This document shows, in pieces, positions 47,726 through 60,733 of a stretch of DNA of 64,000 nt. Below the pieces are notes generated by a model. That model was not told the origin of the DNA, did no database searches, and saw only the letters and a program-made list of their open reading frames with translations. The first letter of the stretch is position 1. Each line of letters opens with the position of its first letter. The position numbers and the translations under genes were made by a program. The DNA is from Psammoneis japonica. Its lineage: Eukaryota. The stretch is taken from contig QPGO01000005.1 in NCBI GenBank assembly GCA_008632985.1, positions 124,001-188,000 of the forward strand, in the 5' to 3' direction.

Positions 47726-50700
47726 ATGCATGATCCCCTTGAGACTCAACAACAACACAAAAACGAGAATGATGCAAGAGTAGATGTTGACGGGGAGGTG
47801 AATAGAGTGACTGTGGAGCAGGAGAAAGTTGGAGCGAAAACGGGGTGGATAGAAACGGGGAAACAAGCACCGGGTGAGACTAGTACGGGGAGTGCTACGG
47901 CAGGCGGCGTAGACAGCAATGGCGACGAGAGGGGCACTGTACCGATGGATGTAGAGCCTGAAAACGCAGAGAATACAACTAGTGATAATACGGATAAAAT
48001 GGACGTTGCTGCAGAAGAGAGAGGCCTTTCGTCAGAAAACGGCGGTGCTGAGAAAAATGGGGTGCTGGGGAGTCCCGTATGGGGCAGGCAGCTGCTTCGC
48101 CCGCTGTAGTTTCGGCAACAGAGAACGATACAATTGCAATGGAAAAAGAGCGCTTAGCAGGGAGTGCAGGGCATCATATGGGTGGTCTAGATGTCTTAAG
48201 TGCTCTAGCTGCTGCGACAGAGGCCAAGCCGACAACAGAACAAAAAGTGGGCGAATCACACGCAGAGGAACACAGCAAAGAAAGTACCGGCAATAATGAC
48301 AGAACTACGGATCAAAATCGAGTTTCTGACATCATTATGGGTAGAGAAACTGATACTAAGCCAGATACAGCTGATGTAGAAATGGAGAATGTCGAAACGG
48401 GGACCGCTGAAGGTGGTGGAGCTGACACTGTTGGTGCGGAACCTGAACGTGACACCCGACCCGCTTCGACGGAGGTGCAGTCTGAAGCAGATCCCGTAGA
48501 TGCCACGCAGATACTAGCACGAAAACGAATTCCTCTGGTGATCGCGCCTCTGAGGATGCGACGTTGTCGACAAACAGTGCACCTGTAGCGTCTGAAAAAC
48601 CCGACACAAAACCAAACACAGATGATACAGTCAACGCCAGGAACGAGACGTCTTCTGCTGCTACAGCGACAAACAATCCCAACCCAAAGCCGAAAACGGA
48701 TGATACACCAAAGACGAATGCGGATGGTGCTATACCGGCTGCAGCCCCCGCGCCTCCGCCCCCAGTGTTGAAGGGTACCTTGTCGTACAACGTGGAGCAG
48801 AAAAGGCACATCATTCGAGGCATGTGGAACTACGAAAACTCAAACGCGTTCCCTCCACAGCGATTCGAGTTGATTCGGAATCTCGATAATAACGAGGATG
48901 TGACGGTTCTTCCTAAAGACGGAGAGTTCCATGGTTCCTTTAGTCTCGCGTACTATCATACAACCTCCAAAGGCAAGCAGAAGGAACGCAGCAAAGTCAT
49001 CCCCGAAAGTGGAGTCAAAATTACCTTTACAAAGATCGAAGGAAAAGATAAGCAGTTTAAAGTGGACGGCGAGGGTACGAATCAGTTTGGAATTTTCTAT
49101 ATCAACGGAACGGCGTCTCAGAGTGAGCACGAGGGCGATCCCAGTTACAATATTGAGTTGAGGAAACGATACAAGCCGACTCCAGTTACTGCTCAACCTG
49201 CCGCTCCCGTGGGTATGGCATCCACCAGCGGACAGAAAAAGAGCAAGAAGAGCAAAAAGCGAAAACAGGATCTCGCTGGGTCGCAGCATGGTGACGAGGA
49301 TAGTGTTGCCACAGGACAGACTGACGCGGACGAAGGTCCTCTTCCACCTCCGTCGCAGTCGCATCCATCGCACGTCATTTGTCTGCGCGGAAAGCTAACA
49401 CGCGAGCAGTCTGATGATTTGGGGGTCACCGAGGTTGTTCACAGAATCAATGGCATGTGGTCTTCTGGTTTGGACTTGATTCTTGCCGATCCGCAAAACC
49501 TTCGCGGGTTGTGCAATCGATTTGAGTACGAACACAAAATGTCACTTTCTAGCGATGTGTTTCCGTTGTCGGGCAGGTACACGGGATGGTTTGACTTGAC
49601 GAATCAAGATGGTAGCCGTACGCGCATTTCGGAGCGAGATGTGACGCTCAAGTTCCGAAAGAACAACGCCGGGTACTACAATGTGGAAGGACGTGGTAGC
49701 AACTCCTTTGGAAAGTATCGAATTACAGGAACTTTGTCAAAAGAGAATATCCTTACGATTTTCCGCCATTTCCAGCCGTTGAAGCAAAAGAAGCAGGATG
49801 GCTCCTCGTCCAAGTCAAGTAAATCGGTTACCGCAGCTCCGCCTCCGCTTCAGACAGGTCGCGCGAGCAAGCAGCTTGCGGCGCAAACGCCAGCGCATCC
49901 TCGTTTGAAGCTAGAAGACGTCGTGATTCCTGATGACGGCAAATCTGGTGAGCTACCAACTCCGATCCCGCTCCCTGCGCACGGCACCTATTCAGCAGTG
50001 TCAAGGGGAGTCCTTCGACTAAACAGTGAAGACGGGGCACACACGTGCTCGGGCAAGTGGGCGATGACCAGAGAGCATTTCAACAATGGATCGACAAGTA
50101 GCTTCAATTTCCGTTTGGAGAAGCATTTTGCAGAGGAAGCTGCCAAGGCAATGATGGAAGCGAAGGGATCTGAAAGTGACGGTGAGAAAATATTCCCCGT
50201 CGACTCAGCCATGTACAAAGGCTCTTTTCAGATGCGTCGCGGAGCAACAAAGTACCAAACCGTCATTGACCAGCAGATTGTGTTGAAGTTCCGAAAGAAT
50301 GCAGCTGGTTCCTACAATGTCCACGGCAAAGGCATTAACAACATTGGTGTGTTTGCTCTTCTCGGTACTTTTGTCGAGAGCGGGAAGAATGGAGGGCACA
50401 TCGACTTGTATCGGATGTATCCAGTTGTCCCTAAGGCTACACCGGGGCCTGGAGCCGGGGGAGCAAGCAAGGCTTCGTCATCTGGGAAGTCCGGTGTCAC
50501 TCAGAAACGCTCTTCAGTAAAGGATGGAAGCGTTGCCGCTGCAGGGAAGACTGCCGACAGCAGCGCTTCTACTGGTGCTTCACTTTTGCCTGGACCTCCA
50601 CGTCCTAGCAATTTGCAGCGTAGAGAGTCGTCGAGACTCGTAAAGCTGCCATCAAGACTTGAAGATGACGACCCAGAAGCGCAGATGGTGAGAATAATGG

Positions 50701-52600
50701 AGAAGTGCGTCGGTATACTCAAGTTCATGCACGAGAGAGACGTTGCGTCTGGGGCTTTCTTCAGCGAACCGGTAGACCCGTTAGCACTGGGCATTCCAAC
50801 ATACTATGACATTATTTCTGAACCCATGGACTTGGGTACCATCAAGAAGAAGATGGATGCCAACGAGATCAAGTCTCCGGAGGAGTTTGCGCGTCTGGTT
50901 CGTCTAGTGTTTGAGAATGCCATGACCTTCAATGTTGAACCGACCCATGCTGTCCATCAAGCCGGGCGAAACCTGTTGATTCTTTTCAACCAGAAGTTTC
51001 GTGACGTGGAGAGAATGGTGGAGAACATACGACGATCTCAGAAACCGTCAGAAGCAGACCTTCGGAATGCCGAGAAAGAACGAAAGAAAAGAGAAAAGGA
51101 GGAAGCCAAGAGAATGAAGAAGAGAGCGAAAGACGACCGGAAAAGAAAACTCTCTGGGGGTTCTGATCTTAGAGCTCAAAGAGGACTAGGCTGGAAGAAG
51201 CCCAAGCCATGGCGGCTGCAAATGCAAGCTCCATGGCAGCGATCAGAGCTGCAGCTCCCCACAATGCCGGAAGTGTCACTCGTGCGGAATTTAGTATGAT
51301 GCTTCAAATGATGCAGCAGCTTCAAGGACAAGTGGTGCAGTTGCACACGCTGCTTGCAGATGCGGCAGGTGACGATCCTGGCGACGCCACAGGCATCGCT
51401 TCCGCAGATTCGTCATACGCGGCTTTGTCTGATACGCCTTATGTCGGTGCCCAAGAGAAGAAGAAGACCCCGAAGAAAAAGAGTGAACCGAAGGTTGCGG
51501 AACCGGTTGAAGTACCCGCTTTCGAGGAGGAGCTCAAGCCATTGACGTTGAAGGAGCAGGAAATACTAACAGAGACGATCAACGGACTAGAGCGGATCGC
51601 CTGCAGGGTGTGATTGATATCATCCGTGAGGCTGCGACACTAAATGGTGACGAAGATGAAATCGACCTTGAAATTGAAGAACTTGATACTGCTACGCAGA
51701 GGCGTCTCCAGAAGTTTGTTCAGCAGGTAAGCATGCAAATGCGTGCCATCGGTATTTCGAGTTTTTCATTATCTTTGCTTATCGCGCTTGTATGCGTCTC
51801 GCTGAAGAATGTTAAGCAGCCGCGGCGGTCAAAAGCAAAGTCGCCAAAGAAGTCAAAGACGGGAACAGGCTCTCGCCAATCGGCCCAGACAAAGAAAAGA
51901 GCGGCGCCACCCGCAAGCAAGGCGAAAAGCACGGCTCCCAAGGCGACGACAAATTCTTCTTTGCTTTGGAAGCAAAGGTGATAGCAGCGACTCAGATTCA
52001 GATAGCGATTCAGATGGAGGTGCTGCGACTCAGAACGCGAAAGTTTCTGCAGAGCCGAAGGAAGAGTTCAATCTTGGTGACGGATTCGGGGCGTCGTTAC
52101 AAGAAGACGAAGATGAGGAAATTGGAAATGGTGGGTTGGCAGCCAACTGGAACATCTCGAAGCCTGCCGCTCAGTCTGCTGCTTCGGACGGTGGCGACGA
52201 CGCATCTGACGGTGGTAAGGATCTTTGGGGAGCTGCTCGGGAAAAAGCCGCAGCTACGAAAGCTCGAGAGGCTGAGCGCAAAGCCCTCGAAGAGAAGAAA
52301 ATTGCCGACGCCGAGATCGCAAAGGATCGGCGTCTTGCCGAAGCAGCGGCTCGCGGGGATGAGATTCGTATGCAAAGAGAGGAGGAGGAAGCGAAAGAGG
52401 CTGCCCGTCGCGAACAACAAGAACAAGAGGCTGAGGAAGCACGGAAGGCTGCTCGAGATGCGGCTCGTGCCCAAGTGCAAGCGGTGGAACAGACGGTCGA
52501 TCTCGATGCGGAGCGAGTTATCATGCAACAGTACGAGCAGAGCTTTCTTGATAAGGAAATGGGCGGTAGTGCGAGTCCATCTTCTGACTTCGGTTTCTAG
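47726..52600 (+). CDS. Bromodomain + ET-domain (BET/GTE-like) protein with a triplicated unknown domain (apparent frameshifts, intron near 51727)
   Basis: FFSEPVDP..LGIPTYYDIISEPMDLGTIKKK...LVFENAMTFN; ET-like LTLKEQEIL...EIDLEIEELD; C-terminal coiled coil. Confidence 0.9.
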
Positions 52601-52909
52601 ATCGCTTGCGAGTTTCAAACGACTCGAGTAGAAGCAAGAGTCGTCCTTTATGTGAACGTATTATTTGACAAATTTTGTGTGGAGTGACAAGTGTGGTGAA
52701 CTCTAAAAGAAACAAGAGAATAAGACTTAAAAAAATATCATTCTGGGGCTAAAGGTTCAGTTTGTTCGTTTCGCATGTATCTCGCAGGTTGCCATGAACG
52801 CAAAGATTGATGGCTTTGCGACTATATAGGTTGGTTTCATTCACTTGCCGTCGTCACCGCTCCCAGACACACACTATGACAGATGTACGTATCGTCGTGC
52901 GCATCAACC

Positions 52910-53739
52910 ATGGCGCAGCGTCTAAACGACAAGCAACGTGAAGCGACCACAATGGAGGATAATACATCGAAGACTTCGCCACTGTTGAGATATAATCAAC
53001 TTCTTGCAGAGAAGCCCCTGGTTACCAAGGCGATTACCTCTGCAGCCGTCGCTGCTCTTGGTGCAGCAATTGGATCTTTTGTGTCAAGACGAACTGCGAA
53101 GAACAGTGCGTCGACCTTTCGCTTCAGCGCCCTGGATGTGTTGACGTTTGCCCTGCATGGCCTTCTAGTGGGTGGTCCCATCAATCATTATTGGTGAGTG
53201 GGTGGATCTCTTTCGGGTAGGAGCACCTGGGTGGCAGTCTCTATCTTGTAGCTCACTCCTCATTGCGGTGTCTCTTCTATCATTACAAAGGTCCGAGTGG
53301 CTAGAAGAGAACGGTCCAGAGTCTGCTTCGGGTGCCTTTCTGCTCGATCAGTTGGTCGTTCAGCCTCAGCTTCTTCTCTTAATGCATGTATTCTTGGACA
53401 CATCTCAAGCAGCATTGCGGGAATTCCCGCGCTCGCTCTACCGGACCTTGTCAACAATCGCACCCGCCGTTGCGAATAGTTGGAGATTCTGGCCCTTCAT
53501 GATATATTGCACGTAAGTGCTCGTTCCTTTCTACTGTTCTTCAACAATACCTTGGTTTCTTCTGACACTTTCGTTTGAACTTTGTCAACACATTGTCAAG
53601 ATTGAAGTTCCTGAAAAAGAAACACCACCCCATCTCCCTCAATGTATGCTCTTTAGTTTGGACAATATATCTTAGCAAGAGAAGGGCCTCGTTAGACGTG
53701 CCCAAGTATTTGTCGGCGAATGACCACATTGCAAAGTGA
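52910..53739 (+). CDS. Mpv17/PMP22 family membrane protein (2 introns)
   Basis: YNQLLAEKPLVTKAITSA, GGPINHYW, LLDQLVVQP, WRFWP. Confidence 0.88.
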
Positions 53740-53804
53740 GCAATCGCAAGCACTAGCTATGACAACCGGGATCTATGATACATTAACATGTTGTGATTAC
53801 CAGA

Positions 53805-55604
53805 TTACTTTTTGACAGACTCTTCGTGCCACTTGATAAACATTGAACATAGCTGCTTATGAATGCGTTTTGCTTCCTCTGCCTTATCCGAGGGAACCAA
53901 GAGTTTTTAGTGATAGCAACCGTCCTGAGTTGGCGCAATCACCGATGAAAACGTCCGCCCGAGTGGTAAAGGATGTGATGGATGACCATGAAAGCCACTT
54001 AGTTTGGATTGTGATTGGGAAGAAAACGAAATAGACCATAGCGGGAATTGCCCCCAAGAGGTTGTGGAGAAACTAGGACCAGATGCTGCTGCCATTGTCG
54101 ACTGAGGCTTTCCCATCCTTGAACTTGCAATGCGTTCTGGTACATCCGCAAGGCCATTGGTTAACGCGTTTCGGATCGCCATCGCTCCGGCAGCAATATC
54201 CTCTAGAAGAATAATACCAGGCTTTCTCTCACCATTGGATTGCGTTGTTGAAGGCAATGATGCAGTCACGTTTGTAATGCCATTTCCAAATACCCCCTTT
54301 GTGTGCTCATCGGTGTTGTTCATGTCAGTAAAGTCGTCGACCCCACAACGCCCTCGGAGATTTACCACCATGCTAATGCCCCATTCGTTGTTTCCTGAAA
54401 GTTCTCTTTTTATCATCCACCCAAACGCTGTCATCATATCGTTGGTAGAGACAAATCCAGATGGTGTAGCTCCACGTTCCATTCGGTTAGATTCATAGCA
54501 TACCTCCATGCCGTATGCCTTCATTGCGTTTAGGGCTTCCTTTGAAAACGGCAGAACGACGTACTCGTGATTCACGGGAAGATGTTCGTCGTTGCCATCC
54601 TCCGTTTGCATGCTAGGCTGTTTTTCTTCATAGTACTCAGGATCAAGGAAGCCCCCCGGAGCGAATACACCGGCCAAGCCGCTCCATTGAGTTTGAACAA
54701 AGCACGCAACGTCGTTGTACACGGAACTGACAGGAGCAAACATTGGTGTCTCATTCGTCGAGCCAGACGGTGCATCAAATCCCATGAGCTCCGTGAGCTC
54801 TTCCGTGAGCATTCCAGAGCATGTGGCGCTTGATCTGTCATTGGAAGCACCTCGAGGATATGCCTTCTTTCTCATTTCTCGTCCCCAGCATTGCACAAAT
54901 CTGATCATGGAGGACGCGTCGCCAAGAGCATGGTTCATGTTCACCCCGATCACTGTCCCACCGCCCTCACAGTGAGTCACCCGAATTTTTAGCAAATCCT
55001 CAAAGTCATCATTGTTTTGCTGATTATTCTTTGTCTCCGACTGTGAAGGCATAAAAAGCGGGTCAAAGAGAGGCATTAACTCTGGGTGTCCACCTCCTCC
55101 TTTGTAGCCGTGTCCCCTTCCTTCTTGAAGCCAATGAGCGAGAGGTTTGTTCGTCTTTGCGAATGACAGTGGTATTGTATCCCTGTCAGGGTTACATTCT
55201 ATTCGTCCCGCAGCCAAGTTGATGCTTCCACAAAGTACCGGGTACCATTGAAGTACGTCTCGCAGGGAAGAAGCTAGCAATTCAGCATCCAATGTTTCTT
55301 CAAAAAAGTATGCAAACGGCAGCTGTTCATGACGAAGCTGAACATCAATTACTGTAAGTGGAACATTATCACTCAATGACGGCGTTTTGGGGGATTGCGT
55401 CGCAGTCAACCTCTGACTGCTAGTCACCACAAAACTACCTCCAGACTGTTCGGTTTCGCGGTATTGCGCATTGGTCGAAAAGAACTGATGCTGCCGGCAA
55501 GCATCAAAAGCCGATGTACTTTGTATCAGTTTTGACGACTGATTCCTTACGAAGCTGTGACGCGCAATACGTCGCAATAATTCGACATGTCGAACAGATC
55601 TCAT
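53805..55604 (-). CDS. BAHD/transferase-family acyltransferase (frameshift near C-terminus)
   Basis: SLRDVLQWYPVLCG, HALGD (HxxxD), VSTND, VVNLRGR, FGNG, TSW. Confidence 0.85.
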
Positions 55605-55957
55605 GGTTCTCGAGGGGGGTGAACAACTAATGAACGCTTTGCCGAGGACGACCGAAATGCGTTGATCGCCAACGCGACACGAACACGTTGAAAAATGTGA
55701 GGGGAAACAATTTTGATGGTTCGCAAGGTTCTACGTGCGGGTCATACCAAGAAACCGTAGAGACCACTTGATGACGTCGGCTGATTTGATTCCCGTTTTT
55801 CGCTGACTCGCCATCAAAAATGTCGCATGACGTAATAAATTAACGACCTTCATATCGGAATAAGTAAATAAAGAGATCCAAACAAATCTTTCGTCGAGCG
55901 TCGTCCCGGCGGCCGGCCATCGGCCATCATTACTTTTCTTCTTCGTTGCTATCAGCC

Positions 55958-58900
55958 ATGATGCAAGAAGGAACGCCGCTGATTGGCCGGGGAGAGGATG
56001 AAGAAGGCGACGATCCTCAGTTTCTACCTCTAGTAGACAATACGGGCATTACGCTCTCTCGACGCCTGGCTCGGTATCTCTCTCGGTACAAGTGGTACAA
56101 CCCGGCGCAACACGATGCAGCTTCGTTGGACAAAGCCTGGGAGTATTTTGAGCACGTGACTCTTGCTCGATACGAAGTTCCAGACCAGGAAGACCCGAAC
56201 AGAAAGGATCGATTTCATAAGGCTGATGTGGGTGAGAAAGAGAAACCGACGAAATTATATCCATTCTGGTCGACCGAAGAGACGGACCTGGCAGACTTTG
56301 GCATTGGAGTTGGCATTTACTTCTTCACGTTACGCATTCTGGCCGGCATCATGTTTGTTGCTGGTCTCATCAACTTGCCTAATATCTTGTATTATTCGAG
56401 TGACCAATACAACCAGCACAGTGGGCGCACAATGTCCTTTTGGGCTCTGGAAAACAGTGCGATTTGCACGCACCAAAGTTGGGTCGCCTGTCCTACCTGC
56501 ACCAGAGAGCAGTGGGATAATTTCCCAGCTACTTTTAGTCGGTACGGTGAATTCAAAGCAGATGATGGGTCGATCCTTACATTCATTAAGCGTAACCACT
56601 GTGGCATTACCGGGAAGGCCGGAAAGGTTGGGCTTGTTTCGGTTATCTTTATTGCTGTCACGATCTTTCTCCTTCAGAAGTTCATCAAGCGCCGAGAAAG
56701 ACACCTTGACTTGTCTGCGCAAACTGCTTCGGATTATACAATCGAGATTGCAAATCCACCCCATGATGCCAAGGACGTCAACGAGTGGAAGACGTTTTTT
56801 GAAGAACGATTCGGTTTCGTCACCTGCGTGACTGTAGTCCTGGATAACGAGGAGTTGATTCGTGCTCTGATTTCTCGTCGCCGATTGGTTCATACTTTGG
56901 AGACACTCCAGCCCCCCAATGTTGACGTGGACCCCCATGATATTGCCAGTGCCGTTGTCAGAGTTCCCGAAATGGCATGGTACGAAAAGTTACTGTTTGG
57001 CAATGCAGAGACGATTGAGAAGCAAATTGCCAACTGGACGAAAAGATCAAGACCGATCTGGCGAAACGAGATTGTCCAGTATCAGAAGTCTTTATCACAT
57101 TCGAAGCTGAAACATCCCAGAAGCGAGCCCTGATGGAAATGTGTAGCCGAGGTATTGATGTGCACCAAAACAACACGTCGGCTGTTGATGCCAAGTATGT
57201 GTTTCGAGGAGAGCGTCTGCTTTCGATTTCTGAACCTCCAGAGCCATCCAGTGTTAGATGGCAAGATTTGGATGAGACCAAGGTGGTGAGTTACATTCAG
57301 CATCTCGAGATACTGGGAACTTCTTCGAATTATTCTCATGATGTCTTCTTACCATATTCTCGCTCCCGTTTCCGCAGACGAGATTTAAGCAGCGACTTGT
57401 GACTAACGCATTGACTGTAACTATCATTGTGGTCGGTTGCAGCTTAATCACATACACGAGTTATAAATTTGGAAGCGTCTGGGCGGCCATTATGGTTACG
57501 GTGAGTGCTGATCTATGTGTGACAGCGTGCGGGGGCAAACCCTGCTCCTACTTGTATCTAAAAAGTTGTGCTGTTGTATTAGTTCGTCAACTCTCTCGCC
57601 CCCATGTTTTGCCAAATTCTTACCGAATACGAATCACATCGGAGCGAAGGTTCGAAGCAAGCCTCACTCTACTGCAAGATTACGGCATGCATTTGGATTT
57701 TCACCACATTCGTTACCGCCATGATTACGCCGTTTGTCGACACGTTAAAGGATGAGAAAGATTCTTTGATACCGGCGATGTTTGCCATTTTCATTACCGA
57801 AATGTTGAAGGCGCCCGTCAAGCAGGTGCTTGACATTTCGGGTAATATCAAACGGCACGTTTTAGGACCAAGGTAAGTTGGGCGAGGTCTTCCCGCGAAT
57901 ACCATACTCTAGCCGCTGCTTGGTTCCTTACTTTGACTTGTCTCATTGCTTAGAGCCTGGGATCAGAAACGGATGAATTCTTGGTTTCAGGGAGCATCAT
58001 ATCAGCTGTCAGAGAGATACACTGTAAGTGACCTTCTCTCCTATACCCGAATTGTTACCCCTTGTCTAACAAAAACGCTCTGCTCATCTTCAATCTCAGG
58101 ACATGACCAACGTTTTGTTCTTAACGTTTTACTACGCCCTCATATTTCCAGCAGGATTCTTTTACGGCTCTGCTACTCTTGTTGTCCATTACTTTGCCGA
58201 CAAATTTTGGTAAGTCGTTGCGCAAAAGAGGTTCCGTGCGCTGGAGCAATTTGCACTCATGCTTGTCGCGTCTTGCGATTGAAATAGTCTGCTGAGAAAC
58301 TGGGCTCCGGCACCACTCCTGAATTCAAGGATTGCCGATCTGAGCCGTGACTACTTCTTCACAGCAGCGGTTGCTGTGTATGCTATTATCTCCGCGTTCA
58401 ACTATGCATCGTTCCCTTACGACAAAGCATGTGAGGCTACTAGTACAGTTTCTTCTGACTACGTCGGCACGTTTGGCGGTTTTGATGGTGAAGGTAATCC
58501 GATTAGCGTTACTATAACCGCAGACGACAAGAATTGGTATTATTGTGACCAAGATTTGATCCGTTATTGGCCTCCCGCGTTTCTTGCTGTGCTCAAACCT
58601 CACCACGAGGGCGCACCTTGGATGACTCCTGAACAGGAACGGGCGTCGTGGGTTTATGGTTGGACCAGCTTTGGAGTCTGTGTCGCGCTTGTGATCATTT
58701 TGATTGACATTCTCAAGAAGCGCATCCGATCGTTGCTATTCACGAAATACGAGGAAGAGGAGCGGAAGGCATTTTTCGAAAAGGCAACCACCCAAGTTCA
58801 CGAGAACTTTAGTCAGGTGCCGAGTATCTCCGCGTACGTACCCCAAGCAAGGGCACCTGGGTGGCACTATCCTGTGTTGCTGTGCCCTGTCAATAATATT

Positions 58901-59047
58901 GATATGGAGCTTATTGGCTGGGATGCCCCAAACAAAGACTACGACAAGTACAACGCCATTTTTGACGTTCCCGGTCTCGCCACCAAGGAAGACATCTTCA
59001 GCCGCGTTCAACATTATCATGTGATGGATGCAACTGCGGAAACCTAG
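55958..59047 (+). CDS. OSCA/TMEM63 (CSC1)/TMC-superfamily membrane channel-like protein, multi-exon
   Basis: DFGIGVGIYFFTLR, ASDYTIEIANPP, EPPEPSSVRWQDL, multiple TM helices, several GT-AG introns. Confidence 0.75.
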
Positions 59048-59282
59048 AGAATTGGTGGTACAATACCTCTCATCAATTGGCGAGACTTACGACGACGACT
59101 TCAACGGTTGACGATCTGTGCCTTAGTGAATTTTTATGTTTTAGAACCGATCGTCCATGTGCAGTGTGGTGTCTTGTCTCGCGAGTCTGCTGCTTCATAT
59201 TCAGCGACTCCTCTCAAAAGCTAGTAACTGTCTAGTCAACAGTTTCCCCAGTAAAGTTTCTTCTGCAAGCCATTCACCCTTC

Positions 59283-59650
59283 TTATCCCTGCGCTGCTTC
59301 CACACCTTCAGAACTTTCCGTGTTGTAGTTGAGTAGTTTTTCAATCAAATCAACGTGAGTCAACATCATACGCCTGCAGCAGTATCTCTTCAAACCGAGT
59401 TCATCCAAAGCATCACTGTGATTTATGGAGAAATTGGGCAGGAATATACAAATGTTTAGAATATGAACAAGAGAAAATGGTATAGTACAAGAAGTAGACT
59501 AACAAAAAGGCAAATAGCATTGCAGTCCACCGACACGTCTGACGCAAAAACATACCCTTCCGAAAAATCTGCTTGCAACAAACTCAGATATGTCTCCCAT
59601 TTATTTCCAATCACCTTGCCACAGGTAAAGCACCGCACCGGAATAATCAT
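59283..59650 (-). CDS. RPB10: RNA polymerase I/II/III common subunit RPABC5 (one intron ~59416-59556)
   Basis: [18 protein letters not shown]...[30 protein letters not shown]. Confidence 0.97.
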
Positions 59651-60100
59651 TGTGAGGTATCAATAGATAATAAAAGCGGACGTATCCCCTATCTCTGTTT
59701 GTTGCAAGAAATAATGTCGACGACATTGTGTGTCTACGGTACTGCCGAGAGCATCCCTGATGGCAGACAGGCGGCTAGCATTTTAGCGCGCATGAATCGC
59801 GCGCGTATCCACTTCTCCCGCCACTGATTTTGATTTTGACTTCTGCGTCGCGCGCGACGACTCGATCGCGACTCGAGACTCGCGACCACTACAACGACAA
59901 CAAAGAGCAAACGTCAAGATCGTTGTTGCCTCTTGCGTTCTCTCATATCTGAGCAAGTTCACACCAATACTTCTCTCTTTTTTTACTTGGGGGAAGTAGC
60001 AGATTGCCAGTTTCAAAATTTTAAGTCTCTGGTGCAAACGGCAAAAGTACCGAGCTAGTAGCAAGAAGTTTTTCACAGTGAAGACGAATCATCAATAATC

Positions 60101-60481
60101 ATGGTACAAGGCGGAGGTAAATTGACAGGAAAGAAAAGAGGCGGAAAGAAGAATTGGGCTGGAGCCAAGAAACGAAAACAAGCACAAAAAGCAAAACGAC
60201 CGCAAAAGGGTCGAAAGTTTTGTGCACCAAAGGGGCGAAAGGCGGGGCAAGCCAATGAGCAGCTGCAGACAACAAAAGCAATCAATAGAAAGAATGAAGC
60301 ACTTGTATCCGCCAAGGCGATTGGTGCTGGGGATAAATTCTTTTTGTCTGATATTAAGGAATCGGGAAAGAAAGTTTTAGGAGAGCAAGCCAAGGAGCGG
60401 TTCAAGAAGGAGAACAAGTCGAAAAATGTGAGCGATCGATTAAAAGATCAATTGCGGAAACTTGGCAGAGAAGATGTGTAA
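60101..60481 (+). CDS. Small basic protein (DUF2462/UPF0390-like)
   Basis: MVQG start, K-rich, APK...TKAINRKNE pattern. Confidence 0.7.
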   Translation: MVQGGGKLTGKKRGGKKNWAGAKKRKQAQKAKRPQKGRKFCAPKGRKAGQANEQLQTTKAINRKNEALVSAKAIGAGDKFFLSDIKESGKKVLGEQAKERFKKENKSKNVSDRLKDQLRKLGREDV

Positions 60482-60733
60482 GAACGTGCATGATAGAGAT
60501 TGAAACGTACGGCTTGCACGTGACTATGATCTGGAGAAGTTGCTTTGTGCGCGTCTCCTCGAAATAGTATGTTTCCTCCTGACAGGTGCTGAGTGTTGTT
60601 CTATTAAAAATAATATGCGACGACAACGTTTTCAGTTTTTCGTGTCTTGGCGAACTACATATGATATAAATAGTCAGACTACCACAAAAAAATCTCTATA
60701 CCAGCTCAAAACTTATACTGTAGTATGTCTTTC

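Noticed and set aside
55770..55835. TGACGT (bZIP/aureochrome-type) sites here and in other promoters
   Set aside because: A hexamer expected by chance; it cannot be supported from sequence alone.
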